Part shown: positions 60,500 to 61,064 of the stretch, piece after piece
Numbering within the stretch: the stretch's first letter is position 1
How the letters are laid out: the number at the start of each line of letters is the position of its first letter
Assembly: GCA_002269645.1 (NCBI GenBank)
Contig: NIVC01002772.1
Coordinates: 1-61,064 of the forward strand
From: Macrostomum lignano
Taxonomy: Eukaryota
Direction: 5' to 3'
DNA length: 61,064 nucleotides
Position numbers and translations under genes: made by a program
Notes under the pieces: generated by a model
Told to the model about the DNA's origin: nothing
Database searches by the model: none
The model's input: the letters and a program-made list of their open reading frames with translations, nothing else

Positions 60500-61064
60500 C
60501 CGCTTCTTCAGTCCCCAATTCCCGCGCTTCTTCAGCTCCCCATTCCTCAGCTTCTTCAGCTCCCCATTCCCGCTTCTTCAGCTCCCATTCCCCGCGCTTC
60601 TTCAGCTCCCCATTCCCCCGCTTCTTCAGCTCCCCATTCCTCAGCTCTTCAGCTCCCCATTCCCCGCTTCTTCAGCTCCCCATTCCCGCCGCTTCTTCAG
60701 CCCCCATTCCCCCGCTTCTTCAGCTCCCCATTCCCCGCTTCTTCAGCTCCCCATTCCCCGCGCTTCTTCAGCTCCCATTCCCCCGCTTCTTCAGCTCCCC
60801 ATTCCCCGCGCTTCTTCAGCTCCCCATTCCCGCCGCTTCTTCAGCTCCCCAATTCCTCCGCTTCTTCAGCTCCCCATTCCTCAGCTTCTTCAGCTCCCCA
60901 TTCCCCCGCTTCTCAGCTCCCCATTCCTCAGCTTCTTCAGCTCCCCAATTCCCCGCTTCTTCAATCACCCATTCCGCCGCTTCTTCAGTCCGCCATTCCC
61001 CCGCTTCTTCAGTCCCCCATTCCTCGCTTCTTCAGTCCCCATTCGCCTCTTCAGTCCCCCATTC
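60500..61064. repeat. 22-23-bp minisatellite CTTCTTCAGCTCCCCATTCCCCG, running off the window end
   Basis: Tandem units with indel noise. Confidence 0.93.

Overview
Eukaryotic (metazoan) genomic DNA with GC-rich spliced exons and introns filled with minisatellites. This style fits the flatworm Macrostomum lignano best, but that is inference only. The window holds: (1) two tandem copies of a 10-exon MCM3 gene (+; 228-14464 and 22637-33009), whose AT-rich intron 1 carries four non-autonomous DNA transposons; (2) a nearly intact DD34D mariner behind copy 1, with the empty TA site visible in copy 2; (3) a signal-peptide gene between the copies that the ORF track misses, encoding two homologous ~145-aa modules and interrupted by indels; (4) an 11-exon Patched gene (-; 55012-35485, ~1366 aa) convergent with MCM3 copy 2; (5) about 25 different tandem-repeat arrays. 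Most notable: this Patched keeps the extracellular-domain-1 cysteines and has a cluster of Gli-type sites, yet lacks all three acidic transport residues (TM4 GxGxDD is GIGTFY; no Asp/Glu in the TM9-TM10 exon), so it is a candidate Hedgehog-inducible decoy receptor. Also, two exons are each flanked by reverse-complementary minisatellites. All exon models, counts and alignments were done by eye; no database searches were run.
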